A DNA stretch of 40,142 nucleotides from a virus (Duplodnaviria; Caudoviricetes), in IMG/VR virus record IMGVR_UViG_3300032237_000599, positions 1 through 40,142 of that record, one strand, 5' to 3'. How positions within the stretch are numbered: position 1 is the first letter of the stretch; every line of letters begins with the position of its first letter. The notes under the pieces are model-generated. The model made no database searches. It was not told the DNA's origin and was given only the letters and a program-made list of their open reading frames with translations. This document shows positions 25,505 to 33,334 of this stretch, in pieces. Both the position numbers and the translations under genes were made by a program.

Positions 25505-25814
25505 TTAGAACTCCTTTCTTAGTAAGACTTTCTTACTTTCTAATAATTTAATACTAGCAGGGGGGTCTGACAAATTGGAGGGTACAATTCGGACATGTCG
25601 GACATTTCAAAAAATAATTGTGTGAGATACGCCACAAATAAGGGTATATGGGCGCACTATTTGGACAATTCGGACATTTAAAATGTGTGTATCATACAAA
25701 TAAAATCCCTATTAACATTTTATGAAATATGAAATACTAGTCGACTAGGATTATATGATCAAAATTTGGCGGGAACCCTTGACCTGGAAATATTTTAAAT
25801 GCTATCATAATAAC

Positions 25815-25975
25815 CTTGGACAGTTTTCGGAGATAATATCAAGGGGTTAAACTCCAAGTGCGATGATGACGGAAGTTGTATTTTACAATATCTTTCAGAT
25901 AATAGCTAGGCCTACTATAGGTTCAACCGATGAATGGCGGATTTATACTCTGATCATTTCGGGGTTCTCTTTTTC
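25815..25975 (+). ncRNA. candidate structured RNA
   Basis: TTGACC-18-TATCAT promoter upstream; several stems; alternatively a 38-codon ORF without SD. Confidence 0.35.
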
Positions 25976-26050
25976 TTAAAAAAGGGGTATAGGGGTTGTA
26001 TGCTTAAATTCTGGAAGTTATCACCTAAAATGCTATATTGATTTATTATT

Positions 26051-26314
26051 GTGACTGTACTGCCTTCAGGCAGTCCTTGGCGGATAGAAAGTTTGGCGGG
26101 AATGGCAAGATTTAAACATGAAGTAACCAATCGTAAAGTACATGCATATAATGCTGCAAGAGAATATATCACAGAAGATTGGAAACCTTTGAAGTGCATA
26201 TATCCATCTAAGTGTGCAGCATGCAAAGAATGGATTGCAAAAGGTGCACAGATTTTATGGCATGTCGATCACAAATTAGTAATGCATGCTGACTGTCCCA
26301 TATTTCAAAAATAA
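26051..26314 (+). CDS. hypothetical zinc-binding protein
   Basis: SKCAACKEWIAKG..MHADC; start uncertain. Confidence 0.6.
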   Translation: MTVLPSGSPWRIESLAGMARFKHEVTNRKVHAYNAAREYITEDWKPLKCIYPSKCAACKEWIAKGAQILWHVDHKLVMHADCPIFQK

Positions 26315-26464
26315 AATTTTATTAACATTTACATATATCTAATATCTTAGTCAACTAGAATAATATAGCTAATTAAAAAATAATTTTTAAAAAAGCGGGG
26401 GAGAATAGAAATTTCTCTTGCTATACTAGACCTATATGATCCTTGTTCTAGGTACAAAGTACCA

Positions 26465-26752
26465 ATGAAGACAGAAAAGGTCTCTATAGCCAAACAGAAG
26501 GCTCATTTGGCACAATATATCAGAGACTACAAGCAGAGGCATCCTTGTGCAGATTGTAAGATCCAGTATCCATACTATGTTATGGATTTTGATCATGTTC
26601 GTGGCACAAAACATGCCAATGTTATGGAATTGATTCCTACATTGTCTAAGAAGAAGATAGATGATGAAATTAAGAAATGTGAAGTCGTATGTTCTAATTG
26701 TCATCGTATTAGGACACATATGAGGAAGATAGCTAAAAGTGGTAAGAAATGA
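26465..26752 (+). CDS. HNH endonuclease-like protein
   Basis: PCADC..MDFDHVRG..EIKKCEVVCSNCHRIRT. Confidence 0.85.
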   Translation: MKTEKVSIAKQKAHLAQYIRDYKQRHPCADCKIQYPYYVMDFDHVRGTKHANVMELIPTLSKKKIDDEIKKCEVVCSNCHRIRTHMRKIAKSGKK

Positions 26753-26825
26753 ATGTTCTCTCTACCGCCGCACTTTTTCGGGCGCACTTTTCAAAACTCA
26801 CTTTATTTAGTATTATTAGATATAT

Positions 26826-26898
26826 TGGACCATAGCTCAGTTGGCAGAGCGGGAAGCTGTTAACTTCTAGGTCCCAGGTTCGAGCCCTGGTGGTCCAG
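26826..26898 (+). tRNA. tRNA-Asn (GTT)
   Basis: TGGACCATAGCTCAGTTGGCAGAGCGGGAAGCT-GTT-AACTTCTAGGTCCCAGGTTCGAGCCCTGGTGGTCCAG. Confidence 0.93.
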
Positions 26899-26948
26899 CT
26901 TAATAAATAAAAAAAATGTTCTTCTTTCGACGACGCACTTTTTTCGCA

Positions 26949-27674
26949 CTATGCGGATATGTATGTACCATTAATAAATAATTTAGAATTAGTAGTTAAA
27001 TTATATGGAGACACTCCAGTAAATAATTGTTCATTAACTGGTTTAGGATTAGCAGTTGCAGCTCCATACCAATGCATATCTAAAACTTTAGTATTAGGAA
27101 GATGATCTGCTTGTAGCACAACATGTCCAGGATCTGTATCTACTGGATTCCCAGAGTCATACCAAATCCATGCTGCAAAATGATTCATTGATCCGTTGAA
27201 TGGCATAAGTGGAAGTTCTACTTTTATTTGTCCTGTCCCTCTATTTGTCATAGTGGCAAAACTGCATTCTATATAAAAACTTACTAGTTTTCCAGCTTGA
27301 ACATAATAAGAGTTATATGTTGGATATGTAACGCCTGATCCAGTAAATGTTAATCCTGTTGCAGTTAAAGTTGGAGAATATCTAGTTGAAGATTCTAATC
27401 CTGAAGTTCCGCTTGATCCCGTATTTCCTGTATCGCCTTTTACTCCAGCAGCACCTTGAATGCCTTGTGGGCCAATTATATCTCCTGCATCAATCCATCC
27501 TTCTGTAGTTGAATAAACCATAAGTGATCCATCTGACTGAATTAACCAACAATCTCCTGGAGTTCCCGCAGATGCCCCAGCACCAGCATTAAATAATTGT
27601 AATGTTGCATAATTACCTTTAAGGTTAAATGATTGACCCGATGGACCAGCTGGCGATGTTATATTAAATGGCAT
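26949..27674 (-). CDS. collagen-like repeat (fibre/decoration) protein
   Basis: GPQGIQGAAGVKGDTGNTG Gly-X-Y run, beta-rich C-terminus. Confidence 0.8.
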   Translation of the reverse strand: MPFNITSPAGPSGQSFNLKGNYATLQLFNAGAGASAGTPGDCWLIQSDGSLMVYSTTEGWIDAGDIIGPQGIQGAAGVKGDTGNTGSSGTSGLESSTRYSPTLTATGLTFTGSGVTYPTYNSYYVQAGKLVSFYIECSFATMTNRGTGQIKVELPLMPFNGSMNHFAAWIWYDSGNPVDTDPGHVVLQADHLPNTKVLDMHWYGAATANPKPVNEQLFTGVSPYNLTTNSKLFINGTYISA

Positions 27675-27675
27675 T

Positions 27676-27936
27676 TTATCTTTCCAGTATTAAAATTGAT
27701 ACTGTTCCAGAACCAATGGCGTATAATTGATCATCAGAAGATAAATCAGCACTAAATATTTGTCCCGCTGCAAGTTTAATTCCATATGATGATGATGTTA
27801 CAGAAGACCCACCTAAATAAAGTGGATTTATAGAATCTGTATTTTGTATTGATATAGTATTTGGCGTGTCTACAATATCATTAATGGTTAACTCCTGAGC
27901 TGTTCCATTTAGTGTTAAATTTCTAGTTCTTAGCAT
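27676..27936 (-). CDS. hypothetical beta-rich protein
   Basis: IQNTD..LYLGGSSVTSSSYGIKL; TGTATAAT just upstream (leaderless-like). Confidence 0.75.
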   Translation of the reverse strand: MLRTRNLTLNGTAQELTINDIVDTPNTISIQNTDSINPLYLGGSSVTSSSYGIKLAAGQIFSADLSSDDQLYAIGSGTVSILILER

Positions 27937-27960
27937 AGATATATTATACACCTATATAAA

Positions 27961-28052
27961 CACAAAACCCAATCAGAGGCGGATCCGATTGGGTATGTGG
28001 CATCCTAAGATGCAATGTACAGGGAGCAAGTGGGATGCTACGACCTGTACAT
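27961..28052 (-). ncRNA. candidate small RNA (~90 nt)
   Basis: TTGACT-17-TACAAT promoter (28085-28057); stems ATGTACAGG/CCTGTACAT and GCATC/GATGC; terminator ACCCAATCGGA..TCTGATTGGGT TTT. Confidence 0.7.
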
Positions 28053-28100
28053 AACTATTGTAAAATAGACTAAATCTAAAGTCAATAGCTGTGATTTAGT

Positions 28101-28295
28101 CTATTCTTCGTTTGGTGTAAATGATGGACTTGGGCCAAGTAAAAATCCTTGTTCGTGATAATTTATCATTTTTGTAACATCTTCTGGATCTGCAACCTTA
28201 GTTGCTATTAATGTAAGTAAATCATAAATTCTGTGTAACATAATATAATTAACCATTGGTAGGTTATCTTCTAGATTTTGTGAGTCTTCAGACAT
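28101..28295 (-). CDS. hypothetical protein
   Basis: ORF track. Confidence 0.75.
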   Translation of the reverse strand: MSEDSQNLEDNLPMVNYIMLHRIYDLLTLIATKVADPEDVTKMINYHEQGFLLGPSPSFTPNEE

Positions 28296-28509
28296 CTTGT
28301 CCTGCCGCCTTTAATTTTTTAATAATATCATCATAGAAATCTATTCCTATGAATTTTTTGTATCTGCATGATAAACAATATAAAAAATCTCTTCCATCTA
28401 AATCTTGATTAGCAAAAAGAAGGCCTTGGTCTATTGGACATTCCAATTTAGACACAAGGCCCTCTTGTGAAAGCGCTATATATTTAGATACAGTTTGTAT
28501 CTGACGCAT
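28288..28509 (-). CDS. zinc-ribbon hypothetical protein
   Basis: CPID...CLSC; AGGAG RBS. Confidence 0.75.
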   Translation of the reverse strand: MRQIQTVSKYIALSQEGLVSKLECPIDQGLLFANQDLDGRDFLYCLSCRYKKFIGIDFYDDIIKKLKAAGQDV

Positions 28510-28524
28510 ATTCTCCTACTTCAT

Positions 28525-29073
28525 TTATGAAGGGAATCGCAATAGCCATTCCTTTGCCCTTGGGGTTAAACCCTTCCAGGCTGACCAATTTTTACCGCCA
28601 TCGGTCATATAATACGTTATCTCTGCGTTTATTACTGGGTCAAACAATGATATGTTTGATCTCAGGTTGAACTTCTCTTTACGATCAACACCTAGGTCTC
28701 CCAACATGTTAATCTGAAAAATTCCATAGGAACTGTCTCCAGTTTTCCTGTTACCATTATATGCTAGTGGTCGTCCATTAGACTCCCGCTTTGCAATGGC
28801 CCAAGCCGTTTTAAGTGCTTTCCCTTCAAAGCCTACTGTTGCTAGTAGTTGCTTCAGATTTTTATCTGAAAGCTGCTGTGAAGGCTTGTAAACAGTATTG
28901 CTGTACTTTTCTAAGGTTTCTTTCTTAAGTTGTACTTCTGTCTTTGGTTGTACTTTTAAAGCTTGAGCGGGTAATACAGTATTGTTTGTAAATAGAAACA
29001 ATGTTATCATTACTATTACAGTCCAGTGATGTACTAAATCACTAAAGCTTTGTTTTATATTCTCCATTGGCAT
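28525..29073 (-). CDS. secreted lysozyme-like / SLT transglycosylase
   Basis: N-terminal TM/signal; AIAKRESNG, SYGIFQINM, GGKNWSAW. Confidence 0.85.
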   Translation of the reverse strand: MPMENIKQSFSDLVHHWTVIVMITLFLFTNNTVLPAQALKVQPKTEVQLKKETLEKYSNTVYKPSQQLSDKNLKQLLATVGFEGKALKTAWAIAKRESNGRPLAYNGNRKTGDSSYGIFQINMLGDLGVDRKEKFNLRSNISLFDPVINAEITYYMTDGGKNWSAWKGLTPRAKEWLLRFPS

Positions 29074-29149
29074 TTCCTCCTTTAGAGATAACGAACTATA
29101 ATAATAACATTGTCAGTAAGTTACTGTCAAGTCAGTTGACTAGGAATAT

Positions 29150-30139
29150 ATGAATATATCTTTCTCTACAATTAGGGCAAACTTCAATAAATCCGTTGGA
29201 TATGGTCATGCTGCACAAATGATAGTTCAATCTTTAATTAAACTAGGACATGAAGTACCTTTTCAAAATTCAAAGGCTTCAGTTCAATTAAATTTTTCTC
29301 AACCTAATTTATTTAAATTACATAGAAATCAATATCAAATTGGTTATATGCCATGGGAATCAACTAAACTAAGGGATGATTGGGTAGATACATTAAAGTT
29401 ATGTGATGAAGTATGGACAACATCAACATGGTGTAAAGAAGTGTTTGAGGCACATGGATTAAAAGATGTGAAAGTTTTTCCTCATGGAATTGAAGATATA
29501 TGGAAACCACGTAAAAGAATTCCTGGAGATGTAATAAAGTTTTTACATGTTGGTGAGCCTGCTCCAAGAAAAGCAGGACAAATGACAGTAGATGCATTTA
29601 TAGAACTATTTGGCGGGGATCCAAAATATTCTTTAACTATTAAAGCATATAATAATAATACTACTAGAATATATAATAACTATATAGATAAAGAAATTAT
29701 TGGTTTACCCGATAAGATATATAGTAATATAAAGATTATAACTGAAGATTATAATGAACAACAAATGTTACAGCTTTATTATAATCATGATATATTAGTT
29801 TATCCAAGTTATGGAGAAGGTTTTGGATTTATTCCATTACAAGCTCTTGCTACTGGAATGCCCGTCATATCTACATATTCTTGGGCAGAATATTCTGATT
29901 TTCTTGGCCCTCTTAAATTACATTCAAAATTAGTAGACTCTCCATGGGATTTTACACACCCAGGAAAAGTATTTGAGCCAAACTATAAATATCTACTTGA
30001 GAAAATGAAAGATTTTACATTAAGACAAGATTATTTTGTAGATTATTATTTTAACCAGTCGACTAAGGTTCATGAAACATATAATTGGTTGCAGTTGACT
30101 GAGAATGCATTTGCAGATATTTTTAAAAAGTTTTCCTAA
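29150..30139 (+). CDS. GT-B (GT4 family) glycosyltransferase
   Basis: PWEST, PHGI, PRK, YPSYGEGFGFIPLQALATGMPVI. Confidence 0.9.
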   Translation: MNISFSTIRANFNKSVGYGHAAQMIVQSLIKLGHEVPFQNSKASVQLNFSQPNLFKLHRNQYQIGYMPWESTKLRDDWVDTLKLCDEVWTTSTWCKEVFEAHGLKDVKVFPHGIEDIWKPRKRIPGDVIKFLHVGEPAPRKAGQMTVDAFIELFGGDPKYSLTIKAYNNNTTRIYNNYIDKEIIGLPDKIYSNIKIITEDYNEQQMLQLYYNHDILVYPSYGEGFGFIPLQALATGMPVISTYSWAEYSDFLGPLKLHSKLVDSPWDFTHPGKVFEPNYKYLLEKMKDFTLRQDYFVDYYFNQSTKVHETYNWLQLTENAFADIFKKFS

Positions 30140-30229
30140 CCCCTTCCGTCTATAAATAAAGTTTGGTAGAATTAGATTCTTATTAATTTTAAATTAATCC
30201 ATAAGGTGGAAGAAAAGGTGTACACATAA

Positions 30230-32164
30230 ATGTCAAGAACTATTGAAAATCCATACGAAAACTTTATTGCGTTGTCAAGATATGCAAGGTGGTTGTCTGA
30301 AGAAAATCGCAGAGAAACTTGGGGAGAAACAGTAGATAGATACTTTGACTTTATGTTAAATCATCTAAAAGAAAATCATAGCTATAAGCCATCAGATAAA
30401 ATTATTAAAGAATTAAAAGAAGCAGTATTTAATAGAGATGTTATGCCTTCAATGCGTTCAGTCATGACTGCTGGAGCAGCATTAGAAAGAGATAATGTTG
30501 CAGGTTACAACTGTTCATTTGTACCAGTAGATAATCCAAGATCATTTGATGAAACGATGTATATTCTTATGTGTGGAACAGGTGTAGGATTCTCTGTTGA
30601 GTATAAGTATGTTAATAAGCTTCCTTCCGTCCCAGAAACATTTGAAAAATCTACAACTATCATTACTGTAGAAGATTCAAAGCAAGGTTGGGCAAAAGCA
30701 TATCGTGAGTTGCTTGCCTTACTTTGGTCTGGACAAGTTCCAGCAATTGATGTTTCAAAGGTTCGCCAAGCAGGTGCTCGCCTTAAGACAATGGGCGGAC
30801 GTTCATCTGGACCACAACCACTTATCAATCTTTTTGATTTTACTATTGCTAAGTTTAAGAATGCAGCAGGTCGTCAATTAAAGCCAATTGAAGCACATGA
30901 TATTATGTGTAAGATTGGAGAAGTAGTTGTAGTTGGTGGAGTTCGCCGTTCTGCAATGATTTCACTTTCTAATATCAATGATATTGAAATGGCTGCAGCA
31001 AAGTCTGGCAACTGGTGGGAAAATAATACACAACGTTCATTATCAAATAACTCTGTTGCGTATTCTCGCAAACCAGAGATGGAACAATTTATTGCTGAAT
31101 GGAAAAATTTATATGACTCGAAATCAGGAGAAAGAGGTATATATAATGTGGCCGCAGCTCAAGCCCAAGCAGCCAAATATGGAAGAAGAGATTCAGATAT
31201 TCACTACGGAACTAACCCATGTTCAGAAATTATTTTACGTCCTTATCAGTTTTGTAACCTTTCAGAAGTCGTATTACGTGAAAATGATACAAAGAAAGAT
31301 ATTGAGCGCAAAGTTGAACTAGCCACAATTTTAGGTACATGGCAATCTACTCTTACAGATTTTAAGTATCTTCGCAAGATATGGAAAGATAATACTGAAG
31401 AAGAGCGTCTATTAGGAGTTTCATTAACTGGACAGTTTGGTCATAAATTTATGTCAGGTAAACAAGATCTTGTTGCACTAGAATCATTTTTAATGACAAT
31501 TAGAGAATCGGCAAGAGCAATCAATAAAGATGAGGCTGGAAAAATTGGGATTCCTGAGTCTGCAGCTATTACATGTGTAAAGCCATCTGGAACAGTATCT
31601 CAATTGGTTGGGGTATCTTCGGGAATGCATGCTTGGCATTCCCCATATTATATTAGAACAGTACGTGGTTCAAAGGGAGATCCTATTTCAGTTTTCTTGA
31701 AAGAAGTTGGAATTCCAGTTGAAGATGATGTAATGAAACCAAATGATACTTATGTATTTTCGTTTCCAGTAAAAGCACCAGAAGGTGCAATTGTTAGAAA
31801 TGATTTAACAGCTATTGAACATTTAAATATTTGGTTAGTTTATCAACGTGCATGGTGTGAACATAAACCTTCAATTACAGTTTCTGTAAAAGAAGATGAA
31901 TGGATGGAAGTAGGGGCTTGGGTATATAAGCATTTTGATGAGGTATCTGGAATTTCATTCCTTCCTCATTCAGATCACACATATAAGCAAGCTCCATATC
32001 AAGAAATTTCTAAAGAGGAATATGATTCCTTAGTGGCAAAGATGCCTAAGAGCATTCGATGGGAAGATTTATCTTTCTATGAAACAGAAGATGGGACATC
32101 TACAAATGCTACATTAGCATGTAGTTCAGACGGAAATTGCGAACTTGTAGATATTTCAGCATAA
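30230..32164 (+). CDS. nrdJ: class II (adenosylcobalamin-dependent) ribonucleotide reductase
   Basis: GYNC, GTGVGFS, GGVRRSA, GTNPCSEI, TCVKPSGTVS, C-terminal CxxxxC; no beta subunit adjacent. Confidence 0.9.
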   Translation: MSRTIENPYENFIALSRYARWLSEENRRETWGETVDRYFDFMLNHLKENHSYKPSDKIIKELKEAVFNRDVMPSMRSVMTAGAALERDNVAGYNCSFVPVDNPRSFDETMYILMCGTGVGFSVEYKYVNKLPSVPETFEKSTTIITVEDSKQGWAKAYRELLALLWSGQVPAIDVSKVRQAGARLKTMGGRSSGPQPLINLFDFTIAKFKNAAGRQLKPIEAHDIMCKIGEVVVVGGVRRSAMISLSNINDIEMAAAKSGNWWENNTQRSLSNNSVAYSRKPEMEQFIAEWKNLYDSKSGERGIYNVAAAQAQAAKYGRRDSDIHYGTNPCSEIILRPYQFCNLSEVVLRENDTKKDIERKVELATILGTWQSTLTDFKYLRKIWKDNTEEERLLGVSLTGQFGHKFMSGKQDLVALESFLMTIRESARAINKDEAGKIGIPESAAITCVKPSGTVSQLVGVSSGMHAWHSPYYIRTVRGSKGDPISVFLKEVGIPVEDDVMKPNDTYVFSFPVKAPEGAIVRNDLTAIEHLNIWLVYQRAWCEHKPSITVSVKEDEWMEVGAWVYKHFDEVSGISFLPHSDHTYKQAPYQEISKEEYDSLVAKMPKSIRWEDLSFYETEDGTSTNATLACSSDGNCELVDISA

Positions 32165-32234
32165 ACTGTAGTACAATATAAGGATTGGGGTAAAACCCAA
32201 AATTCCTGGGCATACCGCCCAAGATGGAGGATCT

Positions 32235-32456
32235 ATGAAAAAAGATCTAAATAATGATGGAGTAGTTACTATGACAGAACAAGTTCTGGCAGCTCTTGCA
32301 AGCTATGGACGTGCATTTCTTTCTGCAGCCCTCGCCTTGTACATGACAGGAAATACAAATCCGAAGGACCTTCTAATGGGTGGAATTGCAGCAGTTGCAC
32401 CAGTTATTTTGAAGGCATTGAATCCAAACGATTCTTCTTTTGGTTTCAAGAAGTAA
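32235..32456 (+). CDS. holin-like membrane protein
   Basis: SYGRAFL, two TM segments, LNPNDSSFG. Confidence 0.65.
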   Translation: MKKDLNNDGVVTMTEQVLAALASYGRAFLSAALALYMTGNTNPKDLLMGGIAAVAPVILKALNPNDSSFGFKK

Positions 32457-32532
32457 TAATTTAATAATAGATTAGGATAGCTCCTGTGCTAAAATAAGCA
32501 TAGGAGTTTTCCTATTTAGGAGAGTTTAGCAA

Positions 32533-32880
32533 ATGGCAGGACAAAAGAATTTCGAAGTAGATCAGAACACTACCTTTACCTTTATTGTAGAATATAAGGA
32601 TAGTAGTGGAAATGCTGTTAATTTAACAGGCGCTTCAGCAAAAATGCAGGTACGTGATACACAAGGCGGAAGCAAAATTGCTGTAAGTTTAACATCTCCA
32701 TCTGGCGGAATTGTAATTGATCCTTTAATTGGCAAATTAACTATTAGAATGACTCCAACGCAAACAAATAAACTGTTTTATCCTAAATCTGCATATGATG
32801 TTATGTTGACACAGGATAGCGGAATAAAAACTAAGCTGTTGGAAGGATTTCTGACCTTATCAAGATCAGTAACAATATAA
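32533..32880 (+). CDS. virion structural protein (baseplate/adaptor-like)
   Basis: VNLTGASAKMQVR..AYDV..LLEG. Confidence 0.75.
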   Translation: MAGQKNFEVDQNTTFTFIVEYKDSSGNAVNLTGASAKMQVRDTQGGSKIAVSLTSPSGGIVIDPLIGKLTIRMTPTQTNKLFYPKSAYDVMLTQDSGIKTKLLEGFLTLSRSVTI

Positions 32881-33320
32881 TGACTGAAAATATTATAGTA
32901 AATGAAATAGTAAACCAAGTAATTGTTTCTTCTCCTGGCCCTCAAGGTGCTAGAGGAAAAACTATTTTAAATGGTATAGGAAATCCATCAAATAATTTAG
33001 GCATAGAGGGCGATTTTTACTATGATAGAATTACAACAAAATTTTATGGTCCAAAAATGTCAGATGAATCATGGAATGAAGCAGTAAGTTTTTCATTAAG
33101 TGCTGGAACTCTTACATATACCTGGGAGCTATCTCAAGTAGTAGGGCCAGTAAATAACATTTATTCCGTTTTTATTAATCATAATTTAGGCTATAACCCA
33201 AATGTAACAGTTAAAACAAGCGGTGGAGATGTTTTAGAAACAGGAATAACCTATAATAATAATAATCAATTAACATTGACAATGGCTCAGCCATTTTCAG
33301 GGACAGCGCACCTGTCATAA
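32880..33320 (+). CDS. virion structural protein
   Basis: GPQGARG, GIEGDFY, INHNLGYNPNVTV. Confidence 0.75.
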   Translation: MTENIIVNEIVNQVIVSSPGPQGARGKTILNGIGNPSNNLGIEGDFYYDRITTKFYGPKMSDESWNEAVSFSLSAGTLTYTWELSQVVGPVNNIYSVFINHNLGYNPNVTVKTSGGDVLETGITYNNNNQLTLTMAQPFSGTAHLS

Positions 33321-33334
33321 AGGAGAAATAAAAA

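Larger units (their letters stand above)
13942..25572 (-). promoter_or_regulatory. set of 16 co-oriented TGTCRG-N10-TANNNT promoters (PafBC/RecA-NDp type)
   Basis: 22-bp matches starting (+ coordinates) at 13942, 15455, 17223, 18497, 19712, 19941, 20313, 20772, 22058, 23038, 23292, 23716, 24342, 24463, 25109, 25551. Confidence 0.85.
15496..25636. promoter_or_regulatory. CRP/GlxR-type boxes TGTGA-N6-TCACA (6 perfect, 7 one-mismatch)
   Basis: Perfect at 18557, 19990, 20831, 20909, 23362, 25160; one mismatch at 15496, 17272, 22106, 22123, 23777, 24524, 25621. Confidence 0.8.

Noticed and set aside
25815-25975. Hammerhead or other self-cleaving ribozyme
   Set aside because: No CUGAUGA/GAAA core in the required stem context
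10786-26400. GGCGGG as a Chi-like polar motif
   Set aside because: Orientation mostly follows the coding strand and enrichment cannot be shown by eye
30230-32164. Intein or intron in the RNR gene
   Set aside because: Continuous 644-aa ORF of normal length with no splice motifs
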